A stretch of DNA of 35,726 nt from Mesotaenium endlicherianum (Eukaryota), in NCBI GenBank assembly GCA_009602735.1, contig WELA01002202.1, positions 225,727 to 261,452 on the forward strand, read 5' to 3'. The notes under the pieces are model-generated. The model saw only the letters and a list, made by a program, of their open reading frames with translations. It made no database searches and was not told where the DNA came from. Shown in pieces: positions 12,701-32,700 of this stretch (within the stretch, counting starts at the first letter, position 1; every line of letters begins with the position of its first letter). The position numbers and the translations under genes are program-made.

Positions 12701-14642
12701 TGTGCGGAGGGGGCGCAGAGGAAATTCTGGACGAGTATGCGGGCGCTGAGGAGGGCCCCTTCCTCTCGCGGGTGAAGCCGCTGGCGCTGGGCCGTGTCCG
12801 CCAGACTGGGAGCTTTCAGGTAGACGCGCCGGGGCGCCTGAATGTGCCAGTGCTCTTTTCTCGCCCTCTCCCTCTCCCTTTCTCCCTCTCTTCCTCCTTT
12901 CCCTCTCCCTCTCTCTCTCTCCCCCCCCCTCTCTCTCTCTCTCTTCTCGCGTTGCCTCCGTGTGTGTAGCAGCTGTGTGTAAATGTGGGTGTTTGTATGT
13001 GTGTTGCACTCTGTGCCAGGCCTGTCCAATTGCGGATGTGCACATCTGTCATGCACGAGTGGGTGGGGGGTTGCAGGATAGCCCTGTTCCTTTCGATTTG
13101 ATCTGCTGCCCACCTGCCCTGGACGCACTGCCGTGAGTGTGGCGTTGCATGCACCATCCATTGTGTGGGTCGGTACAGGCTCTTGTGCAATGGTCTTTGT
13201 TAAAGTTGCCATTGGGGGCATGCTGCAGCACGACGCCCAGGCACTACGTGCTACAGGGAGATTGAAGCACGCTATTCCTCACGCGGGAGAGCGTGCGTTT
13301 GTGCATCGTGCGTGTTCGCGTGTGCATGGGGGGGGGGGGACTGTGCTGCAGGTCATAGACACCCGCCAAGGGAAGGCAGAGAATGTCGCGGAGTTTTCTG
13401 CTTTTGGTGTCAAAGGTTTAATTTGCTGCTCCCTTGAGTACACTACATTTGTGTGTACTCTTTACACGAAGTGATCCCCCCTCCGCTGACGTACCTGTGC
13501 CGTGGAAGGTGTCGAGCTAGCCTGGTTGCCTGTCTGAGAAGGTCGCTAATCGGAGGAGAACACAGCTTTGCTTTGGCAGCTTCGGCAGGCGCGGATTGGG
13601 TGAAGAGTACGAGCAGGCAGTGTATGTGGAGGCACTCGTTGGGTTTCTTGGAAATTGTTCATGAGGGGAGGGGACACAACCACGTCCGAGGGTCCTAAGG
13701 AGAAAGTCTCTAGAGTAAGGTTGCTGAGTCATGACGCAGATGAGTGAGAAGGCAATGCCTGCTTAGAATGCATCTATCAGCCTCTGATTGGGCGTGGGGT
13801 CGGAGAGCGTGGAGCTTGCCACAAGAGCAGACCCCGTCGTAGAGTTTGTTCTCTGGGTTATAAGGAGTCATTGTGTACTGCGTTGTTTCAGTGCTGTTGC
13901 TTGGTGCCTTCTTCCTTATTGCCTACAAAAGGGGCCACGTTTTGTGTCTCTCTGCAGGGGATTCCGTGTCGCCTATTGTTCCTCTGCATGCCACTTAGTG
14001 CTCTGCCCACCCACAGTTGACTGCAGGAGGAAGCTGCCAGCCTGTGACGAGCATCCATCAGCGCCTGTCAGACTTCAGACTTCGGGGAGGATTTGTGAAG
14101 AGCTATATGCTGTCACTCGTGTGTGCATGTGCAGGAATTCTGACCATTTACGCCAAGGCCGAGAAGGTTCCGTCTCCCAGCAGCCAGCAAAGCGTCCGGC
14201 TGGACGTCACTTTTGAGAGCTTCAATCTGAAGTTCGCCCTGCTGAATGTTACCATTCCCCTGGGGTGGGTGAATCCGAAGGGGTAAGTTTGACTCACCCC
14301 CTTCGGAGGTGAAGTGTGGAGAAGCTGAGCCGGGGTGTTGCTCTGGTGGCAGTCAGTCGAGTCAGGGAGCCAGTAATGCTGTGGTTGCCAGTGTATGTGA
14401 TTTGACATGTGTATTGAAAGAGGTACATAGATAAAAGGTGTTAATTGTTGAAGTGGTCATACGCTCATAAATGCTGTCACAGAGTTCGGATGGCACGCGT
14501 ATTTTGATCTCTTGTCTAAACATGATTTTCACAACGGTCATTTGTGAGCAGATGGGTTGATGTGACCTTCCTCGATGAGGAATTCAGAATAAGCAGGGGA
14601 GACAAAGGTAGTGTGTTTATTGCAGCCAAGCTTACTGCTTGA
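9741..14642 (+). CDS. Plastid lipid-associated protein / fibrillin (PAP_fibrillin) with a Ser-rich transit peptide
   Basis: Exons 9741-9857, 10539-10727, 11180-11224, 11743-11794 (5' edge at the N at 11742), 12719-12819, 13352-13415, 14135-14282 and 14552-14642. Family motifs: LRAAVADTNRG, SLLSGKWITLYT, FQVIDT...AENVAEF, RLDVTFE and GWVDVTFLDEEFRISRGDKGSVF. I could not determine the subfamily, and the first exon is inferred from transit-peptide composition and phase. Confidence 0.85.
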
Positions 14643-15342
14643 ATTGAGGCTTCAGCCCATCATTAAAATTATGTTTACTGAATTTGAAATCCTTGATTGA
14701 TGTGTACATATACTTGTAACAAGCTATTTACATTACACTGAGGTCAAGACTAACCCACTGTAAAAATGAAAACTTGTCTATGCTGACATGTTTGCGTGTA
14801 AGACAGTTACTTTTCAAAGTTGTACCAATTTCATCACATTGTATAAAGTTTCTGTGCACGCTGCAACTTGTGCAAATAGCTGGTGCAATTATCTTCTAGT
14901 TTAGTGTGCACATTCAATATAGGTGAGGACAATTTCTGCTATCTCCTGTTAACCTTCTGCCTGCCCAATCAGTTGCTCCGCCCCAACGTCCGAAGGAAGA
15001 AATGCGCTGCTTCAGAGTGGATCAAGATGGAGAGATTTATCACAGAAACAATCATGGCTTGAATATCCTATTTGATTTTTTTGAAAAGCAGCGGCAGCTG
15101 CTAAAATATGGTCTGCTGTGGTAAACTGCATAACCTGTACATACATCCGCATACCATCAATGGAATATCAACTAATAAGCTGGGGACATTCAGGGAGTCC
15201 TTACAGCAGTCTACTCCTTCTCAAGAAAAAAGGATACATTACACTACATCTTCACCAAGGGACTTCAGAAGTTGTACACTCAGTTTGATCACACTAGATA
15301 CATTCTGCGTGGAAATATTTTGAAACACTATATAACAAGCAC

Positions 15343-16891
15343 TTAGATGATGTTGTTCCTGTTGTAGAAGTCAGCAAGGCTCTGGAAGACGGTGTTGTGC
15401 CATGGGTCAGACAAGTGCTGGATAAGGTTGGCGAAGGGGCCATCGCCAGTGACGCGGGACTGGATGATGAAGGCGAAGAAAGAAACCATGGCAAGACGGC
15501 CTGCAAGGAAAGAAACGTTTAGGGGTAAGAGTCGAGATCCCTTCAATCAGACACAAATGCAGAATCTCAAAAGAAACGCACGTGATGAGTACTGAATTAC
15601 ATGCAGAAGGAGAGTTACACGTTTGAAGGTAGGAGGACTTACCGTTGGCAAGCTCCTTCTCCTTGTTCTCAAATGAAGCAGCGAATCCAAGGGGGTTGAA
15701 GATACCACCGGGGTAACCCACCTCACCTGAGTATAAGAAATTTGTAGCAGACGTTAATTTACATTCTGGGAGAGCCATTTCGTTAGATTTACAGACCAGT
15801 AATGGAAATAGGTAAACATGCACATCAAACTGCAAAAGAGAAATAAACGAATGAGCAGTGCTCTGGGACCGGCAATAAAAATGTACCATCAGGAAGCTTG
15901 TTCCCCTTGAAGATGGGGTCCTCGTTGACGCTTCCTGGGTACTTCAGATCCTGCCATCTCCTGACCTCGACGTAGTGGAAGAGGAGGAACTCGATGATGA
16001 AGAGGGTTGAAGCTGGGGCAAAGTACTCAGCCTTGCCGGCATCGTACCAGAGAGGCACAGAGAGGAGGCCAGCCTTGGTCAGGACCTCAGGGACGAGGAT
16101 GCCAGCAACTCCAAGCATGGCCCACCTGCCGTTCTGGAGCTCAGCCTGCTGGTACCATTTAAGGTTGGCAGAGTCCGCTCCTGTTGACCAGAAAACCAGA
16201 ACAAATTTTTGTTAGACAACTAGGGCCACAGGCACGAACTCAACAATCATGCGAATTGGTGTTAAGGCGAAACAGCGCCAGGTGCCTCAAATGTAGTGCA
16301 GCTGAGTAGCAACAAGCAATTGTTGCAGGGCAAGAAGAGTCGTAGCTTACCGAGTCCAAGGGGGTCAAATCCATTGTCTCCGGGAAGGCTGAATCAATAA
16401 AAAAACAAGAGAATGCTAGTGAGTGCCCAATACCACAAACTAAAAGATTTGGTGCTGTCTCCCGTTACTGCTTACAAAGAGTGCTACTCAGGTAAGTGTT
16501 GCTTGCTGTACAACAAAAAGTGCCAGTGGAGTAGAAAGAAAATGCAACTGGACTGCTATTCCAGATTTTTGAGCTGCAAGTGGAGCAAAGTACACTGAGA
16601 ACACAGGCTTCCAGCTGAAAAATGCTACTTCCTACATTGATCCCCTCAATTGAATATGTATCTGTCAGCGGAAACAATGAGTAGCCCCAAGTAAGCCAAT
16701 GGGCTGCACCTGCCGTCAAGGTACGCAGGTGAAGCAAGACCGGGCAACCATTCCCCCTTAGCCTGAACCTTCAAGCTGCGTGCACGGGGAGCTGCAAGAG
16801 ACACGCTCCTTGCGAAGTTGGTCTGAGCACCAAGGAAGCTGGACTTGAACACAGCTGGGGAGCACACGGCCTGCATTACGACGGACGCCAT
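15343..16891 (-). CDS. LHCA4: Photosystem I light-harvesting chlorophyll a/b-binding protein Lhca4, 251 aa
   Basis: Exons 16891-16710, 16388-16351, 16180-15887, 15726-15643 and 15500-15343. Translation: [29 protein letters not shown]...[16 protein letters not shown]...[21 protein letters not shown]...[13 protein letters not shown]...[12 protein letters not shown]...HLSDPWHNT, which closely follows land-plant Lhca4. Confidence 0.9.
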
Positions 16892-17870
16892 TGCTGCTAA
16901 AGCTGGTGCCTGTGAGATGACAGAGCCTTTTAGTGTGCTTCCTTAGGTGTTCCTTGTCTCTACCTTTTGGGCCTGTAATAACCTTGGAAACAATCACTTG
17001 ATAGCTGAGTTCCAAAGCGCAGGTAGTGGAGAGATGGTGAAGGCTTACCTCATCATCATCTCTGAGTGTAGGGACTCATCCGGTTGTCGTTGAGCTGCCC
17101 GAAAACATTCAATACGCTTCAGATGCACGGCAACGATAGATCCAACGTCCAGATGGTTCTGTCACAGGTTTTTCTGCCCGAACTCAAGCGGAACATCGTC
17201 GATTCGGTGTTGTTCTATGAGATCCCTGAACGCCAATCACATGAAAGTATGTTTGCGAAGGCCATCCAGTCAGAAGGATGCTGGTTGGCGCTCTCTAGCG
17301 CTCCCTTCAAATTCCTGATCGATGTGGCAGGTATATATTTCTGGAGACAGATAGATGATAATTTCTGTGATATAACTTGTCGATCTTCAAAAGTATCGCT
17401 CGAAGTTATATCCTCGATATTCCGCCTCATGTACCACTTGGCGTGGCCCGCATATGTACGGCTCATAACATTAGGGGAGCTAGATCTTTTTTCTTCGAAG
17501 TTACGTGCATATGGCCTGATATGGCGCCCAGTGGGCCCAACTTGACATACATATGATTGCGTACCATCATGCCCGACTCCCAACTCCAGACTGAGCGTGA
17601 ACTGGCGTGAATTGAGCATTCCTCTCAATTCCTCTGCTGCGGTCTGAGATGCTAGCAGCTGATTCAAGTGCAGATCAGCGTTGCAGAGTACATCAATCGG
17701 CATTAGTCGTAAGAGGAAGACCAGTCAGGGCATTCCATCATGTGCGACCCGCGCTACGACAGGCAGACCGGTAGTTGGCACTCGAAGCTCTCTTTTCTAC
17801 TCTCGTCCATCATAAGAGCCGCTTGCTAATATCCTTCACGAACAACTTATCATATCAATCGAGCACCACC
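16892..17870. promoter_or_regulatory. Divergent LHCA4/LIM intergenic promoter region with a CCAAT box (17233-17237) and a palindromic site II-like TGGGCCCA (17532-17539)
   Basis: Lies between two head-to-head ATGs and retains CpG. The short motifs are seen directly but could be chance matches. Confidence 0.45.
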
Positions 17871-20230
17871 ATGGCTACTTTCACAGGAACTCAAACTAAG
17901 TGCAAGGTGTGCGAGAAAACAGTTTATCTCGTCGATCAACTCATTGCCGATGGTGCAATCTTTCACAAAGCTTGCTTCAGGTATACTACCACTGTCACCT
18001 GGCCCTGAGGCGTTTGGCGAGTTAGCTGCTAATTGCTTGAGGCCTCAGCCGGTTGGATACATTGTGTTGTTTAATGATGCAACTATTGTTGCCCTCTTTT
18101 TTCGCAGATGCCAGCACTGCAAAACCGTCTTGAAGGTCAGTTCGAAGTCTCGGAAGCAGCTCTATTTTCGTATTTAGAAACCTCTTGGAATGTGACGACC
18201 TTGAAGATGAAATGTACTTGCTTTTGGGAGGTACTTTACTGTCTGTTTCTCCAGTCATCGGTCCCACATGATGCGAGCCCCGCCTGACCTTACAAGTTGT
18301 CATTGTGTTCAGACTGGCAACTTCGCTTCTCTCGAAGGAGTCCTGTACTGCAAGCCACATTTTCAGCAATTGTTCAAGCAAACAGGAAGTTATAAAGCAA
18401 GTTTTGATGAAGCTATCAAGCATGAGAAGGAGCATGTACCCCCTCCAGAGAGTAAGTATATGCTGCCAATGCATCGAATTACTAGCGGAAGGAACCTCGT
18501 ATGTATGTATGAACATGAATCATAGAAACTAAGTCTATGAAGGTGACATAGTTCTGTATCTAGTAATCCTGCTCTGTAACCGAGTTCTTTTCGCTTCTAG
18601 TAACATGTGGGGCGACAGAGGGCCAGGAGCTTAGCATGTCGCTTAAAATCTTGGCTGCCATGTTTTGCTCTGTCTGCAGGTGTGACATCAGGCATCGGCA
18701 AGCTTAGCGTGGGGGAGAAGGTACTCTTTCTTTACGCTATGACGTTACCAAATATCGCCACTTGCAAGTTATGGGTTTAATGCCTGGGGACATGAGGCCT
18801 GATTCTTACTGTAATGCTAAATGCTGTCTCGCTTTGTGACCTTTGTAAGGTCTGTATGTGCACGTTCTTTCGCTCTACATTCTGGCCATCTCACAGGAGT
18901 CTGCTTTCTCCGTTTTAACTTAAAACTCTCCATTGGAAAGAGATCGGTGACTGGGAGGGTCAAACTTTATAATATCTACTTTCTAATTTTCTCCCAACTT
19001 GCAGAAAGCACCGTCAGCATTTGCTGGGAGATTCCAGGGGACACAGGATAAGTGTGTGGCATGCGGAAAGACGGTGTATCCTTTGGAGAAGGTACTTATC
19101 ATATTTTCTTGCTGTCAAACTCTCTCGATGCTCACAAGTTAATGCAAGCTCCTCATTCCTGTATGCACACTTCTGGCATGCCTACTACACACGGTGTAAT
19201 CTCTATGGTCATTCTACGTTGTAACTAAAGGATCGTTCACCCTCACACTCACACTTGACACTTATCACAACACCTGAAATCTAAACTACCTATGAGGGTC
19301 TCAGGAGGCACCAGGCACAGGGGACATTTAATGGAATTCTTTGAGCTCAAACGCAGCAGGAGGCCCTAGTGTCTCCGCGTTTGAGTCACGGTTGGTTCTC
19401 ATCTTTGTGGGGCCTTGCATATGCCACTGGTTGGGATGCGTTAGCGTACACTTCTTGTAGATGCGTATTTGTAAGCTGTCTGTATGTTGTGGTTGGCATT
19501 GACGACGAGGACGGAACTCCAGGGACAAGGTCCGGATTAATTCATATTCAAAGAGCGGTGTCTAAGGCTTCCAAATCTGTCCACAGCACATATTGCTTGT
19601 TGGAAGTTCATGGGTGTGGAGCACCTTGGGTCCACAGCTAATCACAGCCCCTGTGAGCTTTGTAATTTTATATGTCTGTATGATACTATAATGCACAACT
19701 GAGGGCTTATCTTTGATTTGGCTGATGCTAGTTAATGTCATACTTTCTTGTGGTTTGACATGGATTTTGAGCCAGCATAGCTGTGGTCTGGTGTCCACTC
19801 TTTAATCTAATAGTCAGTTTTTCCTGGAGCGGGGGTGGCTTGCGTGTTTTGTGTTATCAGTTGCTGGACATGCGACTTTCTTAAACCCCTCAGGTTTGGC
19901 AAGCCCATTTAAGTTTCTTCTTTTGGAGTCTACGTGCAGACAAGCGTGGAGAACACAACCTACCACAAGAATTGTTTCAAGTGTGTCCACGGTGGCTGCA
20001 AGCTGACTCCCTCCACATACCAAGCGCTGGAGAGCAAATTGTACTGCAAAGCGCATTACACTCAGCTTTTTCTTAGCAAGGGTAACTACAGTGAGCTTAA
20101 GAAAGCTGGCTCTACTGCTGCTTCTGAAGGAACTGCTGCTCCAGACGCTCCAAAGACGGAGGCTCCAAAGACAGAGGCTCCACCCGCTTCACCAGTTGCA
20201 CCTGCTACTCCTACCACGCCTGCCAAGTGA
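17871..20230 (+). CDS. Plant two-LIM-domain actin-bundling protein (WLIM/PLIM family), 231 aa
   Basis: Exons 17871-17980, 18108-18135, 18313-18451, 18680-18720, 19005-19091 and 19940-20230. LIM1: [24 protein letters not shown]...[15 protein letters not shown]...LYCKPHF. LIM2: [20 protein letters not shown]...[12 protein letters not shown]...LYCKAHY, with the plant-type HGGC. Confidence 0.93.
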
Positions 20231-21290
20231 GCTTGTGATTTTTCCATCTCTGAAATTTGCCGCAGTGGGCATGCTGAACCTTCAAGACTTGCCACTATGG
20301 CTACTTCAATTTTTATGGCAATTCAAATACGAGGCGGTCCTCTTCCGTAGTCGTCTCTTGGTGGTGCAGTGCAATGTCTCGAGTAGTCAAGGACGGCTGC
20401 AGTTCACATGCATGACAGATAGCAACTACCGGGGGTTGCCCATTGCGATTGAAGGCCTACCTTATACTTCTCAGCCGCAGCTGATTGCAGACTGTGTGGA
20501 AGATACCTTGAGGGGTTTCTGATACGTGACAGGGTGAATAATTTGGCGTCAGTCGGTCACTTTGGGCCATTTTCTCATAAAGAGCCGATGGGAAGCTATT
20601 TTCCTACTAGTTACGAGAGTTGGGACAGTGTTCAGGGATTTTTGGGCTCATGCCATGGTGCGCAGAGGTGTTCCAAAGTAGCTGTTCTTGTTTTATGCAG
20701 TAGGAAATCTCCTGTCATACACTTCGTCCTTGGTTCCCTGTTTCGTATAACATTTTATATCTGTAGCTTTGCAAGCTTGTGGTACAACGTGTAATGTCCA
20801 GCAGATAACATGGCTGATTCTGTCCATTTTTACTTTCATGTTGGTCCCTTCTACTGCAATCATATCAAATCAATCTTGTACATTGGTTATTGACTTCCAT
20901 ATAAAGACCCCTCATGAGTTAAGTCTATGCATAAATTCCATGTCTGGAAGTAACATAGTTTTCTAAGACCAAAAAGATGGAAAATGGCAGCTGATTGACA
21001 TGCTAGTCAGTGGTACTGCGGTTTTGCCAACATGAACGTTTTTAAGCAACATCTTGTCCAGAATCATGTAGGGATATCGACTGCGAGCTTTCATGTATGC
21101 AGTATCTATTGGAATATTGAATTCTTCAATGAGTAACTTCAGTAGTTGCAGCCTTTTTTACTTTTTGAAATGGAAAAAATAACATTATGCAGATCATAAT
21201 GATAAGACTTCCTCCATTCTTTGTCATAGAAAACACTTTAGACACTGAGCGTTGTTGCACCTCGCTAGGACTCCTCACTCGAAAGGATTC

Positions 21291-30491
<9,201 letters not shown>

Positions 30492-31173
30492 GACGTGGTC
30501 TTACTTCGCCCAAACAAAGATAAAAAGCCCACTGAACTCTAGCAGCTAGTATACTCCTGCGAAGTTCAACATATATTAATCACAAAGTAATTCTACACGG
30601 GGATAGAGTTGCACAAACCTGATGTACAGGCGTCAAAGTGATTACAGCATGCACCTCAACTATAGCTCCCATGCACGCCGGACCAGTGTGACATGAAGTG
30701 CGAGTACGTGAGCGCGCTTGGCTCGAAGCCTGCTTGAAGCTTTTAAGTGAAATGGCGATAAAGCTGTTTGTACACCCTTCCAACTACCGTCCAGACGTTT
30801 TCGGGGCTTCCATGCACCGTCTACAACTCCTGGCATGACGTTGCACATCAATTTCAATTTCAAACAGCACTTGTGATTAAACGTAGCTAGCAACTTTGCT
30901 CGACGACGTTTCGTTGGAGTCACGTCGATACATGCACAACACAAATCGTGTCAAGTGAGCTCCAGTGAATTTTATTCATTCTTGCTCTATTTGATTCATC
31001 TAAGTTACTTCAGGAGCCCCTTTGAGCAAGATTTTATTTTCCGAGTGTTTCTGCCTCCGTCTGTTAGCAGATAACGCTTTTCACACCTGCTCCGACGACC
31101 AAGTAGGGTTCCGTTGGACATGCAAGTGCAGGCGATAAGATTTAGACGTGAAGGAGGTCATTAGGATACTGAA
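30492..31173. promoter_or_regulatory. Short bidirectional intergenic/promoter region between the TrpRS ATG (-) and the PRT1 ATG (+); duplicated at 32019-32700
   Basis: 682 bp between divergent start codons, with lower GC than the flanking gene bodies. Confidence 0.6.
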
Positions 31174-31315
31174 ATGGCGTCAACGATGGATGTAGATGGT
31201 GATCAAAACATGGGCAGCATGGATGAGGAGGAGCAGGAGAAAGCGCTGGTGCCCTCTGTGGACGACTTTTGCTGCCCAATCTGCCAGGACTTGGTGTTTA
31301 AGCCTGTTGTCAACG
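31174..31315 (+). other. Duplicate copy of PRT1 exon 1 inside the tandem duplication
   Basis: Identical to 32701-32842 (MASTMDVDG...FCCPICQDLVFKPVVN). Confidence 0.85.
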
Positions 31316-31743
31316 GTGATTACTTCCACCATGCGCGATCAGGACGTCCTTGCTATGGAACGTGANCATGCGCCCGCAAGCTAGCAGCACATCAGCTCTT
31401 GCGTGGGCCACCGGCAGAAGGCAGTGTGTATCTGAGGCTCCGGAGCTCGTCTGAGTGTGAGAAGGAGGAGATAAGATGAATCTGGTAACAACTTCTGGTA
31501 ACAACTTCTGCAGCTTAAGCGAGATCTAGCCTGAGAATGGCAACTGCTGAACATGATTAATAACTGTACATGCTATCATTACATCATACAAATGCCTTGC
31601 ATTCCTTTTCCGCTGATGACATTCGCCTCTCGCTCATGTGCCCAGCTCAGACCCACCAGAATCCTTTTCTGGACAAGAGTTCGGGATAATGGTGAGGCAC
31701 AAACCCACTAACTGCATTGAAAAGTGGACTCTCGGAATGGTAC

Positions 31744-32018
31744 CTGTGTGCAAAAAATATTCCTCGTCTGAGGAAGGGATGTGCTGACTTTCCAGAAAGT
31801 TTCTCCACTCTCTGAAGCAAGTCATCTGTAAGCTTCTGACACCCAAATTGTTCAATCAACTTATCGTAGTCTATGCCCCCGCTTGCAGATACCTCCCAGG
31901 GGGTCACCACCTGTTCTTCCTCTTTTCCCGCTGTCCCGTCTTGTGGCCTCGCTTCTAGGTTGTCAATCGAGGGTGGTCCGTCAGCCACCGGCACGCCCGC
32001 TGCTCCGTTACTTGCCAT
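31744..32018 (-). other. Duplicate copy of TrpRS exon 1 inside the tandem duplication
   Basis: Identical to 30217-30491 (MASNGAAG...FLRRGIFFAHR). Confidence 0.85.
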
Positions 32019-32700
32019 GACGTGGTCTTACTTCGCCCAAACAAAGATAAAAAGCCCACTGAACTCTAGCAGCTAGTATACTCCTGCGAAGTTCAACATA
32101 TATTAATCACAAAGTAATTCTACACGGGGATAGAGTTGCACAAACCTGATGTACAGGCGTCAAAGTGATTACAGCATGCACCTCAACTATAGCTCCCATG
32201 CACGCCGGACCAGTGTGACATGAAGTGCGAGTACGTGAGCGCGCTTGGCTCGAAGCCTGCTTGAAGCTTTTAAGTGAAATGGCGATAAAGCTGTTTGTAC
32301 ACCCTTCCAACTACCGTCCAGACGTTTTCGGGGCTTCCATGCACCGTCTACAACTCCTGGCATGACGTTGCACATCAATTTCAATTTCAAACAGCACTTG
32401 TGATTAAACGTAGCTAGCAACTTTGCTCGACGACGTTTCGTTGGAGTCACGTCGATACATGCACAACACAAATCGTGTCAAGTGAGCTCCAGTGAATTTT
32501 ATTCATTCTTGCTCTATTTGATTCATCTAAGTTACTTCAGGAGCCCCTTTGAGCAAGATTTTATTTTCCGAGTGTTTCTGCCTCCGTCTGTTAGCAGATA
32601 ACGCTTTTCACACCTGCTCCGACGACCAAGTAGGGTTCCGTTGGACATGCAAGTGCAGGCGATAAGATTTAGACGTGAAGGAGGTCATTAGGATACTGAA

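Noticed and set aside
15229..15237. GTATCCTTT (minus strand), a U12-type 5' splice-site match downstream of the LHCA4 stop; also ATATCCTT at 17829-17836 (+)
   Set aside because: I found no matching CCTTAAC-type branch point or acceptor at a suitable distance, and such short matches are expected by chance.
17084..17703. Overlapping 153-aa (+) and 162-aa (-) ORFs between LHCA4 and LIM
   Set aside because: They have no recognisable domain or codon bias and lie in the divergent promoter region, so they are most likely chance ORFs.
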